The notes under the pieces are model-generated. The model was not told where the DNA came from and ran no database searches. It saw nothing but the letters and a program-made list of their open reading frames with translations. A stretch of DNA of 64,000 bases from Geosiphon pyriformis uo1 (lineage: Eukaryota > Fungi > Glomeromycota): contig JAAOMT010000710.1 in the NCBI GenBank assembly GCA_016748015.1, positions 310,001 through 374,000 on the forward strand, in the 5' to 3' direction. Below are positions 38,879 to 50,482 of this stretch, piece after piece (position 1 is the first letter of the stretch; each line of letters opens with the position of its first letter). Position numbers and translations under genes: made by a program.

Positions 38879-39721
38879 TTACAATCTATTTTTCTTTCTG
38901 CCATGTTTTTTATGAATTGCAGGATGATTTTTTTTACCATGATTATTATTTTTTGGTATAGTTACAATGGTCTTTGTTTTCAAAAAGTTTTTTTTACTCT
39001 TATCTTGAATAATTGAAATTTTTTGATGTTTCTTTGGTTTCTTTAGTTTCTTTTCAGAATGTTTAACTGGGGGTGAAGAAGTTTTCTGATTAGGATGCTG
39101 ACCACCTTTCCTCCAAACTCCGTCGCAATATTTCGTATCGACAGGAAACCATTTAACAGAATCCGGCGTATTTTCTTGACCGAACAAAATTTGAAAAACT
39201 CCAGTACTCAAATCTAATCCATTACCTCCCATATCAACAGCTAGGACATTAACGAATGCTGAGGAGTTACTTGATTTACAGACTTTTAAACAGGTCCCGC
39301 AATCTGATTGAGACATTCCTTGAACGGCGGTGATCCGATTCAGGTCCAATTCTGCGTATGGCATACCACAGAATGGAGGGTTATTCACGGCTGATGGACC
39401 AAAACGAGGATAATCTTCCGGGGTTCTGTGAAGGGGTGAAGAGGAATGAGAGATTGATTAATAATTATTTAAGAATTAAACCAATTAATTTTGTGATAAT
39501 TTTAAAAAAATCAGTGACAAAAACTTTAAATTCGCAGGATCAATCTGAATATTAAAAAATATGACCATTTTCTCACTTCAGAAGTAACTCTTTAAACTTT
39601 AAATTAAAACTTACACTATTTGATTTCCACTCATTTGTCCATTAACATTTCTCAGCAGATACGAAGAAACAAAAATTGAAACCGTAATAATTGTAATAAC
39701 TAATTTAATTAAATTTTTCAT
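38879..39721 (-). CDS. Secreted RlpA-like double-psi beta-barrel (expansin/loosenin-like) protein with Lys/His-rich tail; exons 39721-39615, 39425-38879
   Basis: Signal peptide MKNLIKLVITIITVSIFVSS...; GTAAGT donor and CAG acceptor join in frame. Domain motifs PPFCG, CGTCLKV, VLAVDMGGNGLDLS. Confidence 0.82.
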
Positions 39722-39900
39722 GATAATTTTTAAATGAAGTTGATTATTTCCAAAAAGAATTTCGAGTAAGTTGAAAAAATAAAAATAAAAAATGATGATG
39801 GGTAAATAGGGTTACTTTGGTTCAAAAACGTGAATTATGAAGACATTTAATGAATTGGAATGATCTATATAAACCCAATTGAAATAATTTCCAAATGTTT

Positions 39901-39930
39901 ATGATAATGATAATGATAATGATAATGATA
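39901..39930. repeat. (ATGATA)5 tandem repeat
   Basis: Seen directly. Confidence 0.85.
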
Positions 39931-41024
39931 AATGTTATTTTTCTTTGAGAAAATGCCAAATATTTGATTTTTTTATTATTAAGTTTTTACGTCAAGTAGA
40001 CACTTAAAACAATTCGAGATTAATTCTATATAATATCAAAAATAAACAAACAAACAAAAAAACGAATCAAAGCGTTTTTTTTTAAAATTGAGAATTTGAT
40101 CGAATCCTCTTTTTATAACGTAAATATGAAATATTTTTGATTACAATTAGAGTATCATGTAGAAGAAAAAATTCAATTAATTTTCATATAGAATTTATCT
40201 TGAAATTAATTAATTGTTATTTTATTTTCTAATATACTTGATAAAACTAATCTTTTAAATTCAAACAATTACTTGTTTGTATTCTGCAATTATGCTGATT
40301 ACTTGATTGATTGACTGATTTTAATTCAATATTTTTAACGCCAAAGGTTTCTAAATATGATTTATTTTTTTTTATACAAAAGTATATTCATCTTTTGTTA
40401 TTATAAAAAGTAGGAGTAGAATTTAGTTGTTACAAATTACAATTAATGTATTGGTTAATCCTGAGTTGTACCTCGAATCTTACCTATTTTTAAGATATTC
40501 TCAGATAAATGTCAAACATTATTTTAATCCTGAAAAATGTAAAATTCCGTGACGCGTTACACGAAAAATATATTTGACAAAAGAATTTAAAGAAAAAGTT
40601 TTTGCTCGGTAATTGAAACTGTTGATGAGGCCATGCGAAATGGTAAAACGTTACGCCTCGCTGAACATGATCAATGTTAGTACAGTTTCAGATTTTCAAT
40701 TTCAATAATTTTGTGCATGAGATATATATTCATAATAATAATATGCCAAGTAAAACGTATTGTAAAAAGAAAAAAATTTCTTGTGTATCTATGTAAGTAG
40801 AATTATTTACTTTTAAAAAAATTGTTGATCGCAAAAGTTCAATAATACCAACAGACCAATAGGGAAAGGTAACACTGCAGTACAAATATCACATACAATT
40901 AATATAATGCAAAATATTATATAAAATGTTTTCGAAACACTTTAATCTTGTAATCTTTGTTACTCTTTTAGCAAATAACGTTTATCAAAACGTCATCGAA
41001 AAATAGCACTAAAAAATATTTTTG

Positions 41025-41109
41025 TCCGGCAAGCCAGATTTGAACTAGCGACCTAGAGATTACAGGTGAACACTACAGTCTCCCGCTCTACCAACTGAGC
41101 TATTGCCGG
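41025..41109 (-). tRNA. tRNA-Tyr(GUA) with 12-nt intron
   Basis: Acceptor CCGGCAA/TTGCCGG plus A73 (C1:G72 Tyr identity). D arm GCTCAGTTGGTAGAGC. Anticodon arm GGAGA-CTGTAG[tgttcacctgta]A-TCTCT. T arm GCTAG-TTCAAAT-CTGGC. Confidence 0.96.
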
Positions 41110-41286
41110 CTTTATGTTACGAGACCATCACATTTTATTTATTTATTACTGTATTAATACCTGCTTAATAAGGCCTGTTACAGTTACAGTAATTGAAAAA
41201 ATTTTCTCTATTCCCAAAAGATTAAATCAAATTATCTTTTTAGCTTTAGAAAATTTTCGTCTACTGTATTCTCGAAAATGTCCAAA

Positions 41287-41352
41287 AAAAACTTTGTTAC
41301 CCGAAGGCAACTATCCGCTCAAGATTAAACGTGTCATCCTTGTGCAGGGGCC

Positions 41353-41384
<32 letters not shown>

Positions 41385-41407
41385 ATAAGTGTCACTCCGA
41401 AGAGGAC
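41287..41407 (-). ncRNA. U6: U6 spliceosomal snRNA (~120 nt, with additional 3' hairpin)
   Basis: AAAATTGGAACGATACAGAGAAGATTAGCATGGCCCCTGCACAAGGATGACACG contains the ACAGAGA box, AGC triad and ISL. 5' UUCG stem-loop; T8 terminator at 41291-41284. Confidence 0.97.
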
Positions 41408-41475
41408 TCTGAAGTTACTTTTTTATTATTTATATATACTCTTATTGTGTCATGTGCTTATATTGTGGGATTTTT
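41408..41475 (-). promoter_or_regulatory. U6 upstream promoter: TATA (~-24 to -31) and TCCCACA element (~-57 to -63)
   Basis: Position relative to +1 G and conservation with the second copy. Confidence 0.65.
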
Positions 41476-42947
41476 ACGGTTATTCTTAATTGACGAAGTT
41501 TATAGGTCAAAAAATGTGCATTTTTCAAAATATTTTTAAAATATATCAGATAATAAAAATTTAACATATAAAAAACAAATATATATTTTTGCTTAATTTA
41601 ATATATATTAATAAAACAACAAATTTAAATATGATAAAATAAAATAAAAATGTTTTTATTAAATTATTTACTAAAATTTAATCTAAAATAAATTGAAATT
41701 AATAATTTTAATTATATAATTCATCATAATAAAAAAAAATTTTTTTAATTTTTTGTTTATACATTAATTATTTAATTATTAAAAAATTTTATTTTTAATT
41801 CAAAATATCTATTTTAATTAAAATTTTATAAAAATAAATTGAAAATTTGAAATAAATTATGTAAATATTATCATATTTTAACAATTTATCAAAAAAAAAT
41901 TTTAATTTTAAAAAAAAAATCCATATTCACTTAATTAATCTTTTAATTATTAAATTACAATTTTATTTAAATTGAAAATTAATTTTACAATTGATTACTA
42001 ATTTTCGTAAAAAAAAAAGTTTATTAATTAATTATAATTATATTATTATTAATTTAAAATAATAATAATAAATTATAACATATAAATAATTATTAAAGTT
42101 AAAAATATTTTAATAATTATGATTTATATTATTAAAAATATCCAATTTTATAAAAATATTAATAAATAAATCTTGTAAATAGATTCAAATAAAAAAATAT
42201 AAAAAACTTTAACAATATATTGAAATTTAAATTTAAATATAATTTAATAAATTATTGTTAAAAAATTTTAAAAAATAACAAATTATTAAATTTTTTTGTA
42301 ATTAATTAATTAATTAAATTTATTTATTTTTCTTTCATATTTTTATAATTAAAACCAAAACAAAAAAGTAAAAAAAAATTACTTTTTTTTTTCTTTAAAG
42401 TGCTTCTTTTAAGTAATATAAACACAAAACTACTTTTCTTTTTTACAATTTTTCTTATATTTGTTTAAGAAAATTTAATTACTGTTATAACTAAAAACTA
42501 ATACTTTTACAAGTAATTGTTAATAAATTTAAGCTTCTTATAATTTATATAAAACATTTTGAATTTTACACTAAAAAAGCTTGGTTGGCTAAATATTCTG
42601 TTATTGTAAAACATTTATTAATGTAATTTTGGTGCAAGTCCAAGTGACTGGTTACTTAAAGTCTGATCACAAAGTACGATGAATGGCTACTGAAAGAAAA
42701 TGTCTTGTAGGTGCAGAAAGATGAAATTGCTGTAAACCATTTCAAATTCGCGTGAACACTGAAATAATATTAAAGTTCACTGTGATCATATTTAGTAAGA
42801 TGAGTGTTTTAAAGATAAAAAAAACCCATTTCCTTTTTGTTAAATCTTCTATAAGAATTAATCTATTCGAACACTAGCACGTAACGTCTTTTTTGACTTA
42901 CAAATTAAAAAGTTCAACTTTTCAATGTGCTCCTCTTGAATTCAATG

Positions 42948-44768
42948 TCAAATGAATAAATATTGCCCAGCAATAGATCCAAAAATAACCAAATAAAGAG
43001 AAATATGCTTTCCATTGAACTTGTACAAAGCGCCCAATGACATCATATAAAGAATAGAAGAAACAGAATCTTGCACCACAGCCATCATGGATCTTTCTTG
43101 TTCATTCATATTCTTCAACGTGATTGAACTGGTGACTGATGATTTTAACAATTTTAACGCTGTAATTGCAACAACACCAACAACGCTCGCTGAAATTCCG
43201 TCGAAAAACGCCGCAAGAAATCGATTACGTACCAGTCGTTCAAGGAAATCGTGACCCATTATTGTAAACGTGAAACAAGGGAGAAATATACCTATTGTTA
43301 TTAGGGTGGCTTCGAGAAACGCGTATGGTAGACCACCAAATTTATTTCCCGCTTGAAATCCGATAAATGTTGAGAACATTGTTAACGGAGATGGTATAAC
43401 ATTGCCGATTGCTATTGCATCAAGGAAAGTTTTTTCAGTTAACCATTTTCCTATTGTGACTGCTTCTGCTTGAATGAACGGAATCGTTGTCTAAAAAATG
43501 AGTCGAAATCTTTAAAATTGATTTTCTGATAGGAATTTAAATCCCCAACTTTTGATTTTACCAAATTCATTGCTCTCGAGGAAACTTGAAAACTGAAAGA
43601 AAACTCACATATGCACCACCGAATGATAAAGATCCAGCTAATAAACCCAACCCAAAAATATGCCCAGGATCTGTCGTTTTTGAAATTCCAATCCCTATTG
43701 AAGTGGCAGATGGAAACCCTTCAAAAAAGACAAATGCTGTGAAACCAACAATCTCCAACAATAAAATTAATGCGCTAAGCCAATAAAATTTTCGATCAAT
43801 GGTCATATAGATCAATCCAAGAATTCCTAAAGTTAGGAATAAATTAATGTTCAGGGTACTTTGAATGGCAGCTATAACAGCCAGCGAGAATAACCAATAA
43901 CTGAATTTTTTCGTCTTGCTTGAAATAAACGCATGATCAGCCAATTTGTGAACTGCTCGCATCACCATTGCTGCAATTATCGGTTGTAAGGCTCGAAATG
44001 ACGCATTAAAATATTTATTTTCCAGTCCAACTAACAAATAACCATATGACGCTAATAATAGTAAGAGGAAACCAGGTAAAAGGAAGCCTAGGCCTGCCAC
44101 AATTCCACCAATCCTTCCAGCCGATAAATAGCCAAAAAACATGGCTATTTCTGTTGCTTCTGGACCTTTCAAAACACGATTATGAATGAATCATTCAAAG
44201 CAACTCGATCCAAATTGGAAAGAAATAAACGTTTGTCAAACCACAGAAATATCCTACCTGGTAAAATCTGATAAACCGAGAATACTCGATTAAACCTGGC
44301 TAACGTGATCCATTTCTCACGTACCACTAAGTCATCTTTTAATCGAGAAATCTCGGCCGCTGGACCACCCCAAGCTATTCCTCCATAATTCATAAACATC
44401 AAAAATAGTTTCCGATATGCAAGTTTTGGAACATGGGAATTATCTTGGAATTCATCTACATAATTAAGTTCATGATCGGGAGTTTTGATCTCTGCTACCA
44501 ATTTTTCATGGTGTTCAAATTGCAGTTTAGTATCGAGATGGTCTGAGAAATTTGGGGGTAATTTGAAATCTGCAAGTGCAGGGGGAATCAAAAGTTCAAA
44601 AGTTTGACTTCTTCCGATGTCTGAATTCGTTGCGTTTTCCCAGCTGCTGCCGTTCTTCGTGTCACTTGATCGAACAAGACTTTGTGACGTTGAAGTATTC
44701 ACTGTTGTGCTATCGATATTTCCGTTCGAAGTTGATTTCGCCTCATTTTGTGGTTGTTGCCGCAGCAT
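42948..44768 (-). CDS. Chromate ion transporter (CHR family, two-domain); exons 44768-44258, 44165-43609, 43490-42948
   Basis: GGIAWGGPAA, VVREKWIT, QILPGPEATE, AGLGFLLPG, GSLSFGGAYTTIPF, FLDAIAIG..IPSP, IGIFLPCF. The start codon choice is approximate. Confidence 0.92.
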
Positions 44769-45238
44769 TATTATTGAGAATTTCTTTACAAATTTTTTTT
44801 TCAAAGTTCTACTTGAATGAATAAAAACACGGAAAAAATATTCTTAATCCCCAAGAATTCAAAAAGTAGGTAGATTTCCAATTTATATCATCATGCTGGC
44901 AAACAAAAATTGGTCTTGTGTTTTTTTCCGAGGATTGTATCAGCCTGTTGTTGCATTGTTGGAAAAACAAATCCCTGACAGTTTTTTATCTTTTTGTTGT
45001 AAGTCCATAATAAATCGAGTTTTTTTATAAATTAGGCCCAAATATTTCGCAAATGTTTGATTACTATAATCGAAATTTGGTATTATTCATTTATATAAGA
45101 TCAGAATCAAGTGTGCGCTTGTGCAGTCAAAAAAACATTTTAGATGGAATATCTAAATTCTAAATACACGTGAACTTGTTTGGCTAAGGGAGCTCCTTTG
45201 CTTTGACTGTTGCCACCGACTGTCTTTTTCTTAGTACA

Positions 45239-46391
45239 ATGTCCTACCAAAATTATGAACAGAGAGTCGCTTCCCCTAATAATCCCAGTTATGGCACGAC
45301 TCAAAATGAAGATACTGAAACCAATTCTGATTATCCCTTTGGGGTTCCGGTGTATTTAACTAGTTTCGCAACGCAAATGGGTAAGATTTACAAAGGACTT
45401 TATTAAAGCAGAAGCTGATTTTCAACTAAAGGCAACCAGGTTTAGGAGTTGTGAGTTTTATTTATTTATTTACTATAGTCTTTTAACTCGGCTTCTCGGA
45501 TTTCTAGCATTTGTACGCAAAATTTACTGTATCCTTAGTGCCCAGTTGCTAGTATTTATTATAATCACGACTCCTTTAGTATATGTCGAATCAGGACGCG
45601 AATTTATACAAAGATAGTAGGTCAAGTTAAGAATTCTAGACGTGCTGTTAGATCGACCTTTCAATTTCCTTATAAACCTTTTGATCAATTGACCCATTTT
45701 TAGCTGGTGGCTTTGGTGGGTAGCCTTAATCTTAACGATCGGGCTCCTAGTAGCTCTCACCTACAAAGCAAACGATGAATATCAGCCACCTCGTGCATTA
45801 GTCGTCCTTTTTACCTTACTTAATGGATTCGTGATAGGCAGTGTTGGTATGTGATACCTTTCTAATATACAATGGTTGGGCTTTTAGGTTTATAATTTTC
45901 ACCATATTTATTTTGTATTTCTTCTCAAGTTGGCCTCTTGAAGTTGGTGATTGTCCTTGATGCCATGATGTTGTTATTATTAGTATCTTTTGGGATGGTA
46001 ATTTATACCTTTCAGAAGAAATACAATTTTAAGAGTAAACAGACCATGTAAGTTTCCAATCCTTATGCCTCCATCAGTGGACTTAATATTTTGTGGAAAC
46101 TGTATTTATATGTCTCATCTTAATCCTTTCTTCATACGTAGAATTTATAATTTCGTGATACTCAACATTGGAGCAATCCCAATACACCCTTGGGTATTCT
46201 CGATTATCGATGCAGTTCCTGCACTTATTATTGCCTCAATTATTTCAACCTTCTTCATTCTCGACCTATACTATATGATTCAAATTATGAACAAGAACGA
46301 GTATTGGGGTGCAGCTATGCAGCTGCATCTGGATCTCGTGGTGCCGTTTCGAAGTATACATCATATATGTGAGGTTTCGGAAAATGAGTAA
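45239..46391 (+). CDS. Bax inhibitor-1 / TMBIM (LFG/Bxi1-like) membrane protein, multi-exon
   Basis: Spliced M|AFVRKIYCILSAQLL, multiple hydrophobic helices, YTFQKKYNF, and FILD...EYWGAAMQLHLD retaining both family aspartates. Confidence 0.82.
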
Positions 46392-48634
46392 AAAAAAATT
46401 TTTTTATAGAAGCATAACTGTGAATATATATTTAAATTTATCAGTGAATCGAAAAATAAAATTTTTTTAGAAGACTTGAATACAATCTCGCTTCCAAATA
46501 ATCAAAAGTCTTCCTCATCATATTCCTTTCCCACTCTGGGATTTTTCAAAGTGGGAGTAATAAACTAGAAATGACTTCAATGAGGTGGTTGAGTTTGTCA
46601 ATGATCAAGCCAATAAAAAAACGGTCCATGACTTTGAAACTTCATAAAAAATACCATGTATTGATAAGTCTTGAGTGTGCCGTCGATCAATGGAGAAGTT
46701 GAAAATCTCGATACTCCTGATAGAAGATATATAAAACCTAGCTTGTAAATATCCGGTATTTATGATGATGGTTATAGAGTAACCCGTAAAAGTATCCGAC
46801 TTTCTCTAACTCGATGTAAAGGTAAAAAAATTGGTTTATTTATTTATGAACGAGTTTCGTGGCATTTTCTAGATAAACGATTCATTCTTTGCTAATTCCC
46901 TAAGTGTTCTAATTTTTTTCCTATAATTTTCATCATCCTCTAAAGATTCATAATCATATTTGGCCAGATCATATTGAAAAACATTCATATTATTTTCCTT
47001 CTTCCATTTATTAATCATTTTATATCTTTCTTTCAAAAAGTTTATCAACAAAAGAGAGAAGACTTTGTTTGTAAACTATAATCATAAAATTGACATGAAG
47101 GGTTTATTAAATTCATCAAAACCTAAAATGAAAAAAAAACAGTTTTATATATTAGTTTTTAATTAATATTTTAAAAAAGTTGAAATGTTTGTTAATTTAA
47201 CCAAAAGTGTTTTTATTTAAAATTTCACTTGATTTAATCAAAAATTGTTAATTTATTATTTATTATAATCAATCTAAAAATCTACAATATTATATTGTTA
47301 CAGTCAGATATAACAAATAAACAGATAGCAAGAAAGAACAGTATTATATAATGGTAAAAATAATAAAAAAGCAATTCAACTTTAATAAGCAAACTAAATT
47401 AGTAAAAATTCAATGTATAAAATTATTTCATAAATATTTCAGTTGCTATTTTTTCCAAAAAATAATAAAAAAATTTGAAAGTAGAGAGATAATTTATACT
47501 GTTAACAAAAGATAACATATTAAATTTTATGTTTTAAATTGGCATTTTTAAAATTCAATATTAAGTATTAATTGTATTTTTTAATAATATTTATTTAATT
47601 TACTAACAATTATACAAAAATAAAATAAATAAAAAAAAATAAATAAATTGATATTATTGTATTGATTTTTGCTTTTAAATAAATTTGATCTAAATAAAAA
47701 TAAATTTTTACAGTTTTAAAAAATGTTATTTATATATTTTTAAAAAATTAATAGTTATATTAATAATTATTTTTAAAAATAGAATAATTAATTAATAATA
47801 TTAGTAACTAATATATGTAATTAATTATATCTAAATAAATAATAAAAACTAAAAAATAAAGTTTTAATTATAATATTATTTTTTTCAAAAAGATTAAGCT
47901 TTGGTAAAATAAATTTATTTAAAAAAAGTTTTAAAATTTCTATTTCAAAATTAAATAATTTATTATAATTTTTAGTTAACAAAATAACAATATTAAAACA
48001 TTTAAAAATATAATATTAAGATTTTTGTCTAAATTTTAAAGATTTTTTTTAAAGTTTTATATTTTTAATAATTTTGCCAAAATTTTTATAATATTTAAAT
48101 TGTTTTTTATATAATAATTTTTTGTCTATAAACAAAACTTTTTTTATTATTTTTTTAAATATATTAGAAAAAAAAAGTATCTTAACAATTATATTTAAAC
48201 ATATATTTTTCTATTTATTACTAATTTTTTGTTTTTTTGTGACAGTTTTTTATAAATTAATAATAAAATATACTTTAATTTTAATTTTATTTGTTATTTG
48301 TTTTTCAATAATAAGCAAAACATCTAAATAATTTTTATTCAATATTTATAAATTATAAAAAAAATATTTTATATATTTTAATTAAAAAATATTTTTTATA
48401 CTAATTAAAAATATGTTTGTTTTAAAATTAAAATAATTTTACTAATAAATATTGTTTTTTTTTATTACATTTAATGAAAAAAAACTTTTTTCTTTCCTAT
48501 GTTCAAAATTCCCCAAAGAGCCTGTTTCTGAAAAAGAAGTTTTTTGTTTTTTGTTCTTTCTGCTATATCATTTCAACATTTCTTTACACAATAACCCTTT
48601 TGTTGTGGATTTGGAAGCTGCTGCTGGTGGTAGT

Positions 48635-50482
48635 ATGGCTAAGAAAAAGATGCATAAGGAGGTCTTTCATGGTCCTGCTGGTGGTTCATTTACTCAGAAA
48701 AAGAAAGTGGTTGTTGGCAATGTTAAGCACTCTGGTGACGAAAAGGATGTTTCTTTAGACAAACCTGTCTCTGGTGGTAATATGTTCTCTAATGTGGATG
48801 GTGAGTCTAGTGATAGTGAAGGCAGTATCTTGATGACTGATGTTAGTGCTGGTTCTTTGCTTGGCTCAGCTGTCAATACTCCCAAAGCCAAAATTGTGAT
48901 ATCTGATGTTGTTGATGGCTCTCCTCTCGGCTCAATTAACTATGATATGGATGAGGATGCCGAGGACCTCCCTCCTCCTCTCAATCTCCCTCTCAGCAAA
49001 AGATGGGTCAATTTCAAGGTGGTGAAGACTCTTGTGGAAGTGGCGGTTAAGAAGTCTTATGCTTTGGATATTAATCTTTTAGCAGTGGAAGGGAAATCAA
49101 CTACGGCCAAAACTTAAGCAATCAGAAAGATTTTTTCAGTTGTTAATGGTTTTGGGAGGGCCACTACTCCCTCAAAATTTGAAGGGATCATCAGATCTAC
49201 ATTCACATTAGAGAAAAGCATAATAAAGGCCGCATCATTGGCCGGGAAAAATGGGATCATCGTAAACACTAATCTCATGAAATCAGGAGTACATTCAGAT
49301 TGGGCCGTAGTGATCAAAAAAATTCCCATGGATACCCCAAAGGAAATGATTGTTGCCGCAGTCACTGAGTTTGGAGAAATCAAGTCGATCAAGATTCAGT
49401 TAATTGGCATGTGGCAGAAGACTGTAGTGGAGTTTGCCAAATCGAGTCAAGCAGATCAGTTAGCATCAAGATAGTTATTCTTAATCGGAAAAGATTCAGT
49501 GCATGTGGCCAAAGCCATGAAAGATCGTGATATCTGGGCCTCTAGGGATCGTTTTAGGGTGCTTCTATTTACATTGCCAGTGGGAACAATGGCACATGAT
49601 CTTAGTAATCTTTTGGATAAGGCTGGTGGCAAGACTTGCATCATTAATCGTTCATTGGACACTGATAATAGAATTTGTTGTGCAGTGGTTGGCTTCGAAT
49701 CTGAGAATGATCTGAATTCTGCTTTTCTTACTGAGCCTGTTTTTGGTGGTGTTTGATTCTCATGGGCTAGATTTGATGTGATTTGGTGTGGGAAATATGG
49801 GTGTCTTGGTCATTCGGCTCTTGAGTGTAATGCTTTGAATGTATCATCTCTTGTGCCCATATCTCCATTTAAAAAGCCTGTTTCCGGTGCCAATCGCCTC
49901 CAGCTGGCCAAACTGTATGCAAGAAAGAATGTTTTTATCTCTCGCCCTGCTGCTTTTGGTGACAAATCATGGGCCCAAGTGGTGTCTGTTGCTTCTTCTT
50001 CTGATGGTTCCTCTTCTGGTTCTGGTTTTGATTCTAGTGCCTTCTCTCTTGGTGTCTTTGGTTTAGGTGGTGGTGGTTCTCTACTTCCAAATGACGATTT
50101 TTTGTTGGGTGCTCATTTGGCATCTTTGGAATGTTCCTTGGGGCTCCTACATGATCAGGTTTCTCATATTGTGTGCAAGCTTAGTGGTGTGAATTTGGTG
50201 CTTTTGGCCTCCTTCCCTTCTTCTTCTGGTGTTTTGGCTGTCCCAGCGACTGCCGATATTGATATGATTTTGGATACTACTTCAACCATTCCTGTGGTGA
50301 CATCTTCGCTTCCTTCTGTTGGTTTGAATTTGGGTTCAAGTAGTTCAAAGGTTTTGACATCAAAGATAGGTTCCTTAGAATCCAAGCTGGCAGCTCTTGA
50401 CGCCTCTGTTAGTGCAATTCTGGGGAAGTTAGATCAGTTGTGTGTTAGCTTGGGATCTCAGGTGTTCTCTTCTTCTCAATGA
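48635..50482 (+). pseudogene. LINE-B ORF1
   Basis: Homologous to LINE-A ORF1 (VVIKKIPMDT, CGK(Y)GCLGHSALEC); in-frame stops. Confidence 0.8.

Noticed and set aside
41114-41359. 81-aa ORF
   Set aside because: Antisense overlap of U6 with no protein features.
41311-41365. The 55 nt missing from mini-U6 as a spliceosomal intron (as in some fungal U6 genes)
   Set aside because: No GT donor in any register, the segment is the essential U6 core, and the short copy retains the promoter so it is not a cDNA.
41287-41407. U6atac
   Set aside because: Has the major-class ACAGAGA box and 5' stem-loop, not the AAGGAGA box.
48122-48331. Short Ile/Phe/Lys-rich ORFs in AT-rich DNA (also 9011-9226, 24128-24397, 36464-36931)
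   Set aside because: Compositional artefacts of eroded repeats.
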